Origin: Macrostomum hystrix
Taxonomy: Eukaryota; Animalia; Platyhelminthes
Assembly: GCA_950097015.1 (NCBI GenBank)
Contig: CATNEN010000038.1
Span: 16,554,001 to 16,618,000 of the forward strand
Direction: 5' to 3'
Length of the DNA stretch: 64,000 bases
Shown here: piece after piece, positions 11,500-25,059 of the stretch
How positions within the stretch are numbered: position 1 is the stretch's first letter
Layout: each line of letters begins with the position of its first letter
Made by a program: the position numbers and the translations under genes
Notes under the pieces: generated by a model
Database searches by the model: none
The model's input: the letters and a program-made list of their open reading frames with translations, nothing else
What the model was told of the DNA's origin: nothing

Positions 11500-12980
11500 A
11501 ACGCATATATCCCAAAACTCATAATCCCAAAACTCAATAATCCCAAAAACTCTATCTCAAATCCCATAATTCCTAAAGTCCAAAACTCATAATCCCAAAA
11601 CTCAATAATCCCAAAACTATCTCAAATCCCATAATTCCTAAAGTCCAAAACTCATAATCCCAAAACTCAATAATCCCAAAACTCATGAATCCTAAAACTC
11701 ATACTCCCAAAACTCATGAATCCCAAAACTCTATCTCAAATCCCATAATTCATAAAGTCCAAAACTCATAATCCCAAAACTCAATAATCCCATAACTCAT
11801 ACTCCCAAAACTCATAATCCCAAAACTCATAATCCCAAAACTCAATAATCCCAAAAACTCTATCTCAAATCCCATAATTCCTAAAGTCCAAAACTCATAA
11901 TCCCAAAACTCAATAATCCCAAAACTCTATCTCAAATCCCATAATTCCTAAAGTCCAAAACTCATAATCCCAAAACTCAATAATCCCAAAACTCATGAAT
12001 CCTAAAACTCATACTCCCAAAACTCATGAATCCCAAAACTCTATCTCAAATCCCATAATTCCTAAAGTCCAAAACTCATAATCCCAAAACTCAATAATCC
12101 CAAAACTCAATAATCCCAAAACTCAATAATCCCAAAACTCAATAATCCCAAAACTCTATCTCAAATCCAATAATTCCTAAAGTCCAAAACTCATAATCCC
12201 AAAACTCATGAATCCCAAAACTCTATCTCAAATCCCATAATTCATAAAGTCCAAAACTCATAATCCCAAAACTCAATAATCCCAAAACTCATACTCCCAA
12301 AACTCATAATCCCAAAACTCATACTCCCAAAACTCATAATCCCAAAACTCATACTCCCAAAACTCATAATCCCAAAACTCAATAATCCCAAAACTCAATA
12401 ATCCCAAAACTCTATCTCAAATCCCATAATTCCTAAAGTCCAAAACTCATAATCCCAAAACTCATGAATCCCAAAACTCTATCTCAAATCCCATAATTCA
12501 TAAAGTCCAAAACTCATAATCCCAAAACTCAATAATCCCAAAACTCATACTCCCGAAACTCATAATCCCAAAACTCATACTCCCAAAACTCATAATCCCA
12601 AAACTCATAATCCCAAAACTCATGAATCCCAAAACTCTATCTCAAATCCCATAATTCATAAAGTCCAAAACTCATAATCCCAAAACTCAATAATCCCAAA
12701 ACTCATACTCCCAAAACTCATAATCCCAAAACTCATACTCCCAAAACTCATAATCCCAAAACCCATACTCCCAAAACTCATGAATCCCAAAACTCTATCT
12801 CAAATCCCATAATTCATAAAGTCCAAAACTCATAATCCCAAAACTCAATAATCCCAAAACTATATCTCAAATCCCATAATTCCTAAAGTCCAAAACTTGT
12901 AATCTCGAAACTCAATAATCCCAAAACTCTGTCTCAAATCCCATAATTCCTAAATTCCAAAACTTGTAATCTCGAAAATC
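11500..12980 (+). repeat. Complex 15-16-bp minisatellite (ctcataatcccaaaa and variants) in SPHK intron 2
   Basis: Tandem units with higher-order blocks. Confidence 0.95.
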
Positions 12981-13328
12981 ATAATTTCCAACTTCTTTAA
13001 CTCCAAACTCGTATTACTCAAACTCATAATCGCGAGAACTCTGGTCCCTAAACTGTTTACCCCTGAAACTCCCAATTCAAAACTTCTAATCACCCTAATG
13101 ACAATGTTGAAATTTGCTATCCTTAAACTATTAATCCTAAAGTCGTAATAAATAGTATTGAACTCCTAACCCCTCATTTAAAAATGCTTAGTAACAAATT
13201 TTAATCCCCAAAATCAGCCTAAATTATATCCCAATAAACTACACAACTTCCCAAACTTCGCTTAATCCTTAGGCTTCACAATATTCAAGCTCAACTATCA
13301 CAAAGTTGCCCTATTGTTACACTCGCAG

Positions 13329-14077
13329 GCTCCGGCAATGCTGTAGTATCCAGCCTATTAACCTACCTGGGCGAATTTCAGCCAGACAGTCTAATTCAAC
13401 ACGCCGCTCTGTGCCTAGTAAAGCATCGGCCTCAAAATCTGACGCCGTTGAATGTCGGTGTTGTACAAACACCAGCTAATTATAGTCAGCCTCTACACTG
13501 TGTGCTGTCCGTCACCTGGGGCCTAATAGCCGACGTTGATGCGGAGAGCGAACGGTTTCGCATACTAGGCGGCGCCAGGTTTGGCTTGTTGCTAACTAAA
13601 AAATGTCTAGCCGGTATTAAACGTTACCGAGCTAAACTATCTTATTTACCAGCCGATGCCGCTATGGACAATGGCCAGATTGAATCTTTGCCCAGCTTTG
13701 AAGAACCGGTTCCAACTAGTTGGACTGTATTAGAGCGAGAATTTTACACTATCGGAGCATTGCTAATGTCGCATTTAGCCGAAGATTTCTGCCCAGTTAC
13801 AGACTGGCAACCGGACGATGGCTATTGGCGCCTGTTCTGCGTCTATCCGTGCTCTAGGTCGCAGTTTATTAGAGGCTTCACCAGCGCAGCCAAGGGTCGC
13901 CTTGACGGCAGCAACGGCTCCATGGAGCTAATTAGAGCGAGAGCCTTCCGGTTGGAGCCTCTGACACCTGGCGGTCACATGATGATCGACGGCGAGGCGT
14001 TGAACTACGGCCCAGTTCAGGGCTGGGTGCTGCCAGGTCTGGCTAGGATGCTCATGAGTCGGCAGTCCAGCGCCTGA
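13329..14077 (+). CDS. SPHK: Sphingosine kinase, exon 3 (last)
   Basis: GSGNA completed across the junction; WGLIADVDAESERFRILGGARF; MIDGE; spliced product 462 aa. Confidence 0.93.
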
Positions 14078-14135
14078 ACAATTCTTCAACAGTGGGGAGA
14101 CCACGCTATGTTCTCTCTCACCCCTGGGAAAAAAC

Positions 14136-14512
14136 CACGGGGATATTTCTAATACCCGCTGCCTACTTCACGATAGCTCCCAAACCGAATGACCGATTTG
14201 CGTAAAAGTCAAATTATCAAATTTGACATTCAAAAAGACAAATGATAAAATTAATCAATCTAAAATGAAACATGATTATAGCTGACATGAGTACATGATG
14301 CAATTTTGTGAGCAGGATTGGTGGTTTTGCTACTAGAAACCCCTATAAGAATCGTTGAATATCTCGACAATGTCGATGTTTAGTAACAATGGAAGTTGTT
14401 TCATCGGATAGAGCAGAAAATTTTAGCCCATGTTCTCTATTTTAACGGCGATTGGTTTAATATTTTTTTTCAGATTTCAACAGAAAAAAGGTATTTGAAA
14501 TGCCCCCCCGTG
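14136..14512. mobile_element. Degenerate MITE candidate
   Basis: Imperfect inverted ends cacggggatatttctaatacc / ggtatttgaaatgcccccccgtg; no clear TSD. Confidence 0.4.
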
Positions 14513-14789
14513 TTCTTGTTACTGTTAATGATCCGGTGTACATACTGACAGACCAACTGGTTAATTGGATTTTTAATCCTGCGTATTTATGATGGACTAT
14601 ACTGACTTATCGATTCGAGATATTTGTTAATTATCCCAAAATGGACTCGAATTTATTAGGGACATTGTCGCAAGTCTATTTTTAGTTGATTAATGGAAAT
14701 TTTAAGTAAGTTCGTAAAATATAATTACACATATCAATTCTTATTGTCTATATATTTCTTAAATATATGCAGATTCTGTAGTGCATTGA

Positions 14790-16216
14790 CGAAATTCGGA
14801 CATTCTAGGGAAATCACAAGTAAATTCGGACAGTCTAGGGAAATCACAAGTAAATTCGGACAGTCTAGGGAAATCACAAGTAAATTCGGACAGTCTAGGG
14901 AAATCACAAGTAAATTCGGACAGTCTAGGGAAATCACAAGTAAATTCGGACAGTCTAGGGAAATCCCAAGTAAATTCGGACAGTCTAGGGAAATCACAAG
15001 TAAATTCGGACAGTCTAGGGAAATCCCAAGTAGATTCGGACAGTCTAGGGAAATCACAAGTAAATTCGGACAGTCTAGGGAAATCCCAAGTAAATTCGGA
15101 CAGTCTAGGAAAATCCCAAGTAGATTCGGACAGTCTAGGGAAATCCCAAGTAAATTCGGACAGTCTAGGGAAATCACAAGTAAATTCGGACAGTCTAGGG
15201 AAATCCCAAGTAAATTCGGACAGTCTAGGGAAATCCCAAGTAGATTCGGACAGTCTAGGGAAATCCCAAGTAAATTCGGACAGTCTAGGGAAATCCCAAG
15301 TAGATTCGGACAGTCTAGGGAAATCCCAAGTATATTTGGACAGTCTAGGGAAATCCCAAGTAGATTCAGACAGTCTAGGGAAATCCCAAGTAAATTCGGA
15401 CAGTCTAGGGAAATCCCAAGTAGATTCGGACAGTCTAGGGAAATCCCAAGTAGATTTGGACAGTCTAGGGAAATCACAAGTAAATTCGGACAGTCTAGGG
15501 AAATCCCAAGTAGATTCGGACAGTCTAGGGAAATCACAAGTAAATTCGGACAGTCTAAAGAAATCAGAAGTAAATTTGGACAGTCTAGGGAAATCACAAG
15601 TAAATTTGGACAGTCTAGGGAAATCCCTAATAAAGTCTGACTGTCTAGGGAAATCACAAGTAAATTCGGACAGTCTAGGGAAATCCCTAATAACGTCTGA
15701 ATGTCTAGGAAAATCCCAAGTAAATTCGGACAGTCTAGGGAAATCCCAAAGAAAGTCTGACTTTCTAGGGAAATCCCAAGTAAATTTGTACAGTCTAGGG
15801 AAATCCCTAATAAAGTCTGACTGTCTAGGGAAATCACAAGTAAATTCGGACAGTCTAGGGAAATCCCTAATAACGTCTGAATGTCTAGGAAAATCCCAAG
15901 TAAATTCGGACAGTCTAGGGAAATCCCAAAGAAAGTCTGACTTTCTAGGGAAATCCCAAGTAAATTCGGACAGTCTAGGGAAATCCCAAAGAAAGTCTGA
16001 CTTTCTAGGGAAATCCCAAGTAAATTCGGACAGTCTACGGAAATCCCAAAGAAAGTCTGACTTTCTAGGGAAATCCCAAGTAAATTCGGACAGTCTACGG
16101 AAATCCCAAAGAAAGTCTGACTTTCTAGGGAAATCCCAAGTAAATTCGGACAGTCTACGGAAATCCCAAAGAAAGTCTGACTTTCTAGGGAAATCCCAAG
16201 TAAATTCGGACAATCT
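14790..16216 (+). repeat. 30-bp minisatellite (gggaaatcccaagtaaattcggacagtcta), about 47 units, becoming a 60-bp dimer at the right end
   Basis: Tandem array; the long ORFs here arise because the unit length is divisible by 3. Confidence 0.97.
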
Positions 16217-16982
16217 AAAAGGCATTTTTGTTCATTCAAACTATGTGAATACAAATCAAATAGATACATCCGTGCCATCAGAGTCGTTATGATTTTTTAA
16301 TATATTTTGATTCACACTTATATCTACTAACAGCGCTGTCTAATACGAATGTCACTTACAAATAATATTTCAGGCGCCAACTGTTTTGGTCATTCGATGT
16401 TTTTGACACGTTTTCTACTAAAATTTTCGATCAAAAATAATCAACGAGTCTTATTCAAATGATTTGATATTGATTTGATATTTTCATTTGATATTGATCA
16501 TTGTAATTATTTATCTAAAATTTACTACTTGCAGTACAATTAAGCTGTCATTTTTTCAGTTTTGTTATAATATTCCTTGATTTATTTTAAAAATATGTGG
16601 CATAAAAATTGAAGCTTCTCTCTCCCTGTGAAGTTTTAACTACGAATTATATTGATTTTTTTCACTACTGCAGCTTTTTCTACTAAAATAACAAGGAACA
16701 AGGTTAGTTAATGAACAATTCCTCGTTTTATTTTTCATTTTATATTTCAATTTTATCACAATAATTTCTAAGTACTTAGTTTTCTGTGTTTTATATTGCT
16801 TTTTTTGGTTTGTTGAAGAAAGTGATCAATAATTAGTTGATATAGTACTTCATACTTCTCCGATCTTAATAACGAGTTTAAAAAACGTATATTAATTTTT
16901 AGCTTACCTTGAAATATTATCTATTTATCTAACGGAAAAGCAAAAAATGATTATTTTTAGGATTCCAGGTAGGACATTTGCA

Positions 16983-19622
16983 AGGATTCTCTTGTGATTC
17001 AAGGTAGGATTCTCTTGGGATTCAAGGTAGGATTCTCTTGAGATTCAAAGTGGGATTCTCTTGAGATTCAAAGTAGGATTCTTTTGGGATTCAAAGTAGG
17101 ATTCTATTGGGATTCAAGGTAGGATTCTCTTGGGATTCAAGGTAAGATTCTCTTGGGATTCAAAGTAGGATTCTCTTGGGATTCAAGGTAGGATTCTCTT
17201 GGGATTCAAGGTAGGATTCTCTTGAGATTCAAAGTAGGATTCTTTTGGGATTCAAAGTAGGATTCTTTTGGGATTCAAGGTAGGATTCTCTTGAGATTCA
17301 AGGTAGGATTCTCTTGGGATTCAAGGTAGGATTCTCTTGGGATTCAAGGTAGGATTCTCTTGGGATTCAAGGTACGATTCTCTTGGGATTCAAAGTAGGA
17401 TTCTCTTGTGATTCAAGGTAGGATTCTCTTGTGATTCAAGGTAGGATTCTCTTGGGATTCAAGGTAGGATTCTCTTGGGATTCAAGGTAGGATTCTCTTG
17501 TGATTCAAGGTAGGATTCTCTTGGGATTCAAGGTAGGATTCTCTTGTGATTCAAGGTACGATTCTCTTGGGATTCAAAGTAGGATTCTCTTGGGATTCAA
17601 AGTAGGATTCTCTTGGGATTCAAGGTAGGATTCTCTTAGGATCCAAGGTACGATTCTCTTGGGATTCAAAGTAGGATTCTCTTGGGATTCAAAGTAGGAT
17701 TCTCTTGGGATTCAAGGTACGATTCTCTTGGGATTCAAGGTAGGATTCTGTTGGGATTCAAGGTAGGATTCTCTTGAGATTCAAAGTAGGATTCTTTTGG
17801 GATTCAAAGTAGGATTCTATTGGGATTCAAGGTAGGATTCTCTTGGGATTCAAGGTAAGATTCTCTTGGGATTCAAAGTAGGATTCTCTTGGGATTCAAG
17901 GTAGGATTCTCTTGGGATTCAAGGTAGGATTCTCTTGAGATTCAAAGTAGGATTCTTTTGGGATTCAAAGTAGGATTCTTTTGGGATTCAAGGTAGGATT
18001 CTCTTGAGATTCAAGGTAGGATTCTCTTGGGATTCAAGGTAGGATTCTCTTGGGATTCAAGGTAGGATTCTCTTGGGATTCAAGGTACGATTCTCTTGGG
18101 ATTCAAAGTAGGATTCTCTTGTGATTCAAGGTAGGATTCTCTTGTGATTCAAGGTAGGATTCTCTTGGGATTCAAGGTAGGATTCTCTTGGGATTCAAGG
18201 TAGGATTCTCTTGTGATTCAAGGTAGGATTCTCTTGGGATTCAAGGTAGGATTCTCTTGTGATTCAAGGTACGATTCTCTTGGGATTCAAAGTAGGATTC
18301 TCTTGGGATTCAAAGTAGGATTCTCTTGGGATTCAAGGTAGGATTCTCTTAGGATCCAAGGTACGATTCTCTTGGGATTCAAAGTAGGATTCTCTTGGGA
18401 TTCAAAGTAGGATTCTCTTGGGATTCAAGGTACGATTCTCTTGGGATTCAAGGTAGGATTCTGTTGGGATTCAAGGTAGGATTCTCTTAGGATTTAAGGT
18501 AGGATTCTCTTGGGATTCAAAGTAGGATTCTCTTGGGATTCAAAGTAGGATTCTCTTGGTATGCAAAGTAGGATTCTCTTGGGATTCAAAGTAGGATTCT
18601 CTTGTGATTCAAGGTAGGATTCTCTTGGGATTCAAGGTACGATTCTCTTGGGATTCAAGGTAGGATTCTCTTGTGATTCAAGGTACGATTCTCTTGTGAT
18701 TCAAGGTACGATTCTCTTGGGATTCAAGGTAGGATTCTCTTGGGATTCAAGGTAGGATTCTCTTGTGATTCAAGGTAGGATTCTCTTGGGATTCAAGGTA
18801 CGATTCTCTTGGGATTCAAGGTAGGATTCTCTTGTGATTCAAGGTACGATTCTCTTGGGATTCAAGGTAGGATTCTCTTGTGATTCAAGGTAGGATTCTC
18901 TTAGGATTCAAGGTAGGATTCTCTTGTGATTCAAGGTACGATTCTCTTGGGATTCAAAGTAGGATTATCTTGTGATTCAAGGTACGACTCTCTTGGGATT
19001 CAAGGTAGGATTCTCTTGTGATTCAAGGTAGGATTCTCTTGTGATTCAAGGTACGATTCTCTTGGGATTCAAAGTAGGATTATCTTGTGATTCAAGGTAC
19101 GATTCTCTTGGGATTCAAGGTAGGATTCTCTTGGGATTCAAAGTAGGATTCTCTTGGGATTCAAAGTAGGATTCTCTTGGGATTCAAAGTAGGATTCTAT
19201 TGGGATTCAAGGTAGGATTCTCTTGTGATTCAAGGTAGGATTCTCTTGTGATTCAAGGTACGATTCTCTTGGGATTCAAAGTAGGATTCTCTTGGGATTC
19301 AAAGTAGGATTCTCTTGGGATTCAAAGTAGGATTCTCTTGGGATTCAAAGTAGGATTCTCTTGGGATTCAAGGTACGATTCTCATGGGATTCAAGGTAGG
19401 ATTCTCTTGGGATTCAAAGTAGGATTCTCTTGGGATTCAAGGTACGATTCTCTTGGGATTCAAAGTAGGATTCTCTTGGGATTCAAAGTAGGATTCTCTT
19501 GGGATTCAAAGTAGGATTCTATTGGGATTCAAGGTAGGATTCTCTTGTGATTCAAGGTACGATTCTCTTGGGATTCAAAGTAGGATTCTCTTTGGATTCA
19601 AGGTAGGATTATCTTGGGATTC
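16983..19622 (+). repeat. 23-bp minisatellite (ggattcaaggtaggattctcttg), about 115 units
   Basis: Tandem array with a 713-bp block duplication. Confidence 0.97.
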
Positions 19623-20374
19623 TAGGTTGGATTTTCGTAGGAGTTTTGTTAGCATTTTTAAGGATGAAATAATTTTCCACTGCTTTAAGTTTACATAATC
19701 CTAAAGTCTTTATTATTTTGCATGTATAATTTAATGTTTTTAATGTTGTTAGTTTGGCTGACACACCTGCATTCACAGTTATTTGCCTTAATCATTTTTA
19801 TTATAGGCTGTGTAGGCAGACAGAATCAGTTGATATATATTTCTGTCACATGCACCTTACAGTGGCGGATAAGTTCAATGTCAATATTTTAATTATTCAA
19901 CTTGTAAATTTAAACGCGACTTTCTTTGTTTGAAAGTGTTTTGGCTGTTTTTTATGTTTTGTTTCTGGCATTACTTATTACATCGACACCTAACCAGTTT
20001 GGCTTGCAAATCGTTTTCGACTTCGCTACTAGCATCAGTACGGAGTAGCGCGTTTTTCGCCTATATTTATTTTCTAAGAATGTTCATGATATTCAAGTTC
20101 TCTCATTTATTATGTGCACATTTTTGCCTAAATTTTTCACTGTATCAATATCGTACTGTAAGTTCATTGTTTCTGTAATTGTAGGTTTGTTGGCTTTTAT
20201 TGATCTCCCAACTTTTTTCTTGAGATTTTTGACGAGGTTAATTTTGCATAATAATCAGAGATTAGTTTGGGATTTTCTATTTTATTCTATTGAGGACTTT
20301 CGTGTAATTTTTAAGGGATTTCCTTGCGATTTTAAATGTGATTTTTAAAGTATTTCTATGTGATTTCTCATGGG

Positions 20375-20790
20375 TTCTCATAGGAGTTTTTGTAGGATTC
20401 CCGTCGGATTATCTGAAGAATTACCGTGGGATTATCTATAGGATTATCGTGTGATTATTGATAGGATTCTCATTGGAGTTTTTGTAGGATTCCCGTCGGA
20501 TTATCTAAAGAATTACCGTGGGATTATCTATAGGATTACCCTGGGATTATTGATAGGATTCTCATTGGAGTTTTTGTAGGATTCCCGTCGGATTATCTGA
20601 AGAATTACCATGGGATTATCTATAGGAATACCCTGGGATTATTGATAGGATTCTCATTGGAGTTTTTGTAGGATCCCATCGGATTATCTGAAGAATTACC
20701 ATGGGATTATCTATAGGAATACCCTGGGATTATTGATAGGATTCTCATTGGAGTTTTTGTAGGATCCCATCGGATTATCTAAAGAATTAC
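20375..20790 (+). repeat. 92-bp tandem repeat, about 4.5 copies, built from ggatt subunits
   Basis: ggagtttttgtagg recurs at 20383, 20475, 20567 and onward. Confidence 0.92.
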
Positions 20791-21251
20791 TGTTATCTAA
20801 TGATTTTCTATTGGATTATTCAATAGATAGCCAACAAGCCTATCCCTAAACTGACACTGTTTTTCAGTTTGTTTTCATTACTAACTTTACTCGTTTTTAT
20901 TGCCCAAATTTTTTGTCAATTTGAAGGCAAATTAAAGATAACTTGAAAATATATTTGGACTTTGTTTTTCTACTAGCAACTAGACTGTATGTTGACTTTA
21001 GTATTTTTATTATAATGCTGCCTGTAACATCACGTAATCAAACTCACTCGTGTTGTGCGAAGAGAAAACTAATTTGATCATTATTTCAGCTGGATATAAT
21101 TTGATTATCGAGGACTGATTCAAGTATGATTCGATTCGGAGAATTGGCGCGTGCATGGCGTGAAGTAAGGTAAGGCTTTAGTTGTTTTTTTGTTTATTAA
21201 CTTTGTGATTTTATCTTTCTTACAAGTAAGCTTGAATAAGGCCCTCCTAAT

Positions 21252-21891
21252 CAGGGGTCGGCTAACTTATATGCCCTGCGGGTGAAATTAAAGCGAATAG
21301 AAATCTGCAGGACGGATTGAGCGAACAGATGGAAAATGGGATCGCCTCGAATCCCTGAGACGGGAGACATGAGGCAGGGGAGAGTTGAGACAAGGGTGAC
21401 ATGAGGCAGGGGAGAGATGAGACCGGGTCAGATATAAGACAGGGGCAGAGATGAGACAGGGGAGAGATGAGACAGGGGAGAGATAAGGCAGGGGAGAGAT
21501 GAGACAGGGGAGAGATGAGACAGGGGAGAGATAAGGCAGGGGAGAGATGAGACAGGGGAGAGATGAGACAGGGGAGAGATGAGGCAGGGGAGAGATGAGA
21601 CAGGGGCAGAGATGAGACAGGGGTGAGATGAGGCAGGGGAGAGATGAGGCAGGGGAGAGATGAGGCAGGGGCAGAGATGAGGCAGGGGTGAGATGAGACA
21701 AAGGCAGAGATGTGGCAGGGGAGAGATGACTCAGATGAGGCAAGGGAGAGATAAGACATGGGTGAGATGAGGCAGGTGAGAGATGAGGCAGGTGAGAGAT
21801 GAGGCAGGGGAGAGATGAGGCAGGGGAAGAGAATATCCATTGGTGTTATAATATATGTCAGGCCCGCATTCCAGGAGTTTGCTGGCCAATG
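21252..21891 (+). mobile_element. Degenerate hAT-like MITE with an expanded internal 16-bp array (gagagatgaggcaggg)
   Basis: Starts caggggtcggctaac and ends gagtttgctggccaatg; array at 21360-21830; TSD not recognisable. Confidence 0.6.
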
Positions 21892-22484
21892 TTCTTTAGG
21901 TAAATAGAAAGATGAAAGATGGTTACTCTAGATTAACCCTATTGGCTTGTTAAGCTTTAAGCCACTCATTGGTCCATGAAATTAGTCTCCTCTCTAGCAG
22001 AAAAATCGTGAATTTTACGCCCCTAAGCTTTCTATTGGTCGCTTCGATTTTGACAGTCTGCAGATCCCCGGTTTTTATTGGCGATCGGGAATGAAATATT
22101 CTAGCTCGATCCAGTTCTGACCAGATATCAATTATTTATTGCCTCCACTTTTTTTATCATTCTGAGTGAAGTGTAGGAGTGGGAGAGTGACTCTAGACCG
22201 AAAGAATAGTAAAGAAATCTTAATAAAACCGGAGCTGTCTGTGATTTTATTCCAAACACGATCGCCGTTATTTATTTTTTTAATTCCACCCAGCGGTTTC
22301 GCTCCCCTAGTTTACTTCAACCACCCAGTGAATTCTGCTCGGTAAGAGTAAATATGCCTAACTGCTTAGCAACTGCTATCATTCTGGCTTTCGGGCACTC
22401 TGAATTTGTGCTGTTCTGGCATCCCACTAAGTCTTCCTCCTCCTGACCTTTGTAATCTGCACTATCTGCAGGTCTCGCACTACA

Positions 22485-22903
22485 CTCTCTCCTGTGTCTC
22501 CCTCTCTCCCCTCTCCTGTGTCTCCCTCACTCTCCTGTGTCTCCCTCTCACTCTCCTGTGTCTCCCTCTCTCCCCTCTCCTGTGTCTCCCTCTCTCCCCT
22601 CTCATGTGTCTCCCTCTCACTCTCCTGTGTCTCCCTCTCTCTCTCCTGTGTCTCCCTCACTCTCCTGTGTCTCCCTCTCACTCTCCTGTGTCTCCCTCTC
22701 ATTCTCCTGTGTCTCCCTCACTCTCCTGTGTCTCCCTCACTCTCCTGTGTCTCCCTCTCATTCTCCTGTGTCTCCCTCTCACTCTCCTGTGTCTCCCTCT
22801 CACTCTCCTGCCCTGTGTCTCCCTCTCTCCCCTCTCCCCTGTGTCTCCCTCTCACTCTCCTGTGTCTCCCTCTCACTCTCCTGCCCTGTGTCTCCCTCTC
22901 TCT
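22485..22903 (+). repeat. About 21-bp CT-rich minisatellite (tctcctgtgtctccctctcac)
   Basis: Tandem array. Confidence 0.93.
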
Positions 22904-23271
22904 GGGGGTCGGTGGCAGATCGGTTAACGCGTTTGCCACTCGCACCACGGTCCCTAAGTTCGATTCCACGGCTAGGCCACATTTATTTGAGGCGCAGCCG
23001 CGGAGAGAAGGCTTGGGGGCTTGTCGTACAATTTACGCCCTTGAGGGCCAACCTCCAAGGCACAGTGAGAGTGTACACTGCCTGACGATGAGAAAGTCAG
23101 AGCAGATGTACACACCTGTGTGAGCGTATGCCTGCGTACGGTATCTGTGTGAGTGTGTGCTCAGGAGTCAGCGAAATGGGCAGAATTGCCTCCTCGCTGG
23201 CTGCGGGTCTAGTGTCATCAAATTTTGTGTCATTGCCCACAGCCTTCGTGCAATTATTATTATTATTATAT
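22904..23271 (+). mobile_element. tRNA-derived SINE, family 2
   Basis: A box tggcagatcgg, B box gttcgattcc, (att)n tail; homologous copy at 44091-44433(-); possible TSD ctccctctctct. Confidence 0.85.
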
Positions 23272-23272
23272 A

Positions 23273-24070
23273 CTCCCTCTCTCTCCCCTTGTCACCCTCT
23301 CTCTCCCCTCTCCCGTGTCTCCCTCTCTACCCTCTTAAGTGTCTCCCTCTCTCCCCTCTCCCGTGTCTCCCTCTCTACCCTCTTAAGTGTCGCCCTCTCT
23401 ACCCTCTCCCGTGTCTCCCTCTCTACCATCTTAAGTGTCTCCCTCTCTACCCTCTCCCGTGTCTCCCTCTCTACCCTCTTAAGTGTCGCCCTCTCTACCC
23501 TCTCCCGTGTCTCCCTCTCTACCCTCTCCCGTGTCTCCCTCTCTACCCTCTTAAGTGTCTCACTCTCTACCCTCTCCCGTATCTCCCTCTCTACCCTCTT
23601 AAGTATCGCCCTCTCTACCCTCTCCCGTGTCTCCCTCTCTACCCTCTCCCGTGTCTCCCTCTCTACCCTCTTAAGTGTCTCCCTCTCTACCCTCTCCCGT
23701 GTCTCCCTCTCTACCCTCTTAAGTGTCGCCCTCTCTACCCTCTCCCGTGTCTCCCTCTCTACCATCTTAAGTGTCGCCCTCTCTACCCTCTCCCGTGTCT
23801 CCCTCTCTACCCTCTTAAGTGTCGCCCTCTCTACCCTCTCCCGTGTCTCCCTCTCTACCATCTTAAGTGTCGCCCTCTCTACCCTCTTAAGTGTCGCCCT
23901 CTCTACCCTCTCCCGTGTCTCCCTCTCTACCCTCTTAAGTGTCGCCCTCTCTACCCTCTCCCGTGTCTCCCTCTCTACCATCTTAAGTGTCGCCCTCTCT
24001 ACCCTCTTAAGTGTCGCCCTCTCTACCCTCTCCCGTGTCTCCCTCTCTACCATCTTAAGTGTCGCCCTCT
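23273..24070 (+). repeat. 24-bp two-variant minisatellite (tctcccgtgtctccctctctaccc / tcttaagtgtcgccctctctaccc)
   Basis: Tandem array. Confidence 0.95.
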
Positions 24071-24569
24071 ATTTCAAAGAAAGCTTTATACAGCATTATA
24101 TATTTTCTTCAGTGTTGCTCGCTAATTTGTTTACCTTCTTCTCTGGTGCTTAGACCCCAGGTTCGTGTTTTTCTCTCCCGCTCCAAAAAGAGCAGAACTC
24201 CACTAACTCAATCTATGCGGTGTACTTTTTACGACTCGCTTCCAGATTCTCTTGTTCCATTTGAGTAATCAGAGACTCCAGCCTGGCTCACACACTACTC
24301 AGCGCTCATTCTTTATTATCCAATAAAGAGCTTTCGTTTGTCTTTAGCTTTAGCCATCATTTTTTCTTTTGTCGGCACTCCAGATCAATGATTTGCGCCA
24401 TACTAAAATGTTAGACAGTGACATAGATATTGCAAAAAAAAGATTTTTGCTTGACCTATCTCTTCCGTATCTCTATCTACGAGTATTTTATTTTTTGTTG
24501 TGCCAGATTCCACTTGATTTTTTTCTATTATCAGGAGGGCGACGTTTTTAGCCTACTCTCTCTTCTGGA

Positions 24570-24952
24570 GTGGGAGATTTCCAGCATCATAGAAAAGGGT
24601 GAGACTTCCAGCTTTCTAGAGTTTCCTAGAAAAGGGTGAGATTTCCAGCTTTCTAGAGTGTCCTAGAAAAGGGTGAGATTTCCAGCTTTCTAGAGTTTCC
24701 TAGAAAAGGGTGAGATTTCCAGCTTTCTAGAGTTTCCTAGAAAAGGGTGAGACTTCCAGCTTTCTTGAGTTTCCTAGAAAAGGGTGAGATTTCCAGCTTT
24801 CTAGAGTTTCCTAGAAAAGGGTGAGACTTCCAGCTTTCTTGAGTTTCCTAGAAAAGGGTGAGATTTCCTGCTTTCTAGAGTTTTCTAGAAAAGGGTGAGA
24901 TTTCCTGCTTTCTAGAGTTTCCTAGAAAAGGGTGAGATTTCCAGCTTTCTAA
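24570..24952 (+). repeat. 37-bp minisatellite (ttccagctttctagagtttcctagaaaagggtgagat), about 10 units
   Basis: Tandem array. Confidence 0.95.
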
Positions 24953-25059
24953 TTGTATAAAAACGTAGATTTTATTTTTTGCTTTGAAAACTTCTCTTAA
25001 ATACCTTGATCCCCGTATTTTCTACCATTCCAATTATCCCAGCAGATACTACAGCGGCA

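Noticed and set aside
14693-16292. Several 300-500-aa ORFs on both strands (LRR-like look)
   Set aside because: The 30-bp unit is a multiple of 3 and is open in several frames at once; repeat artefact
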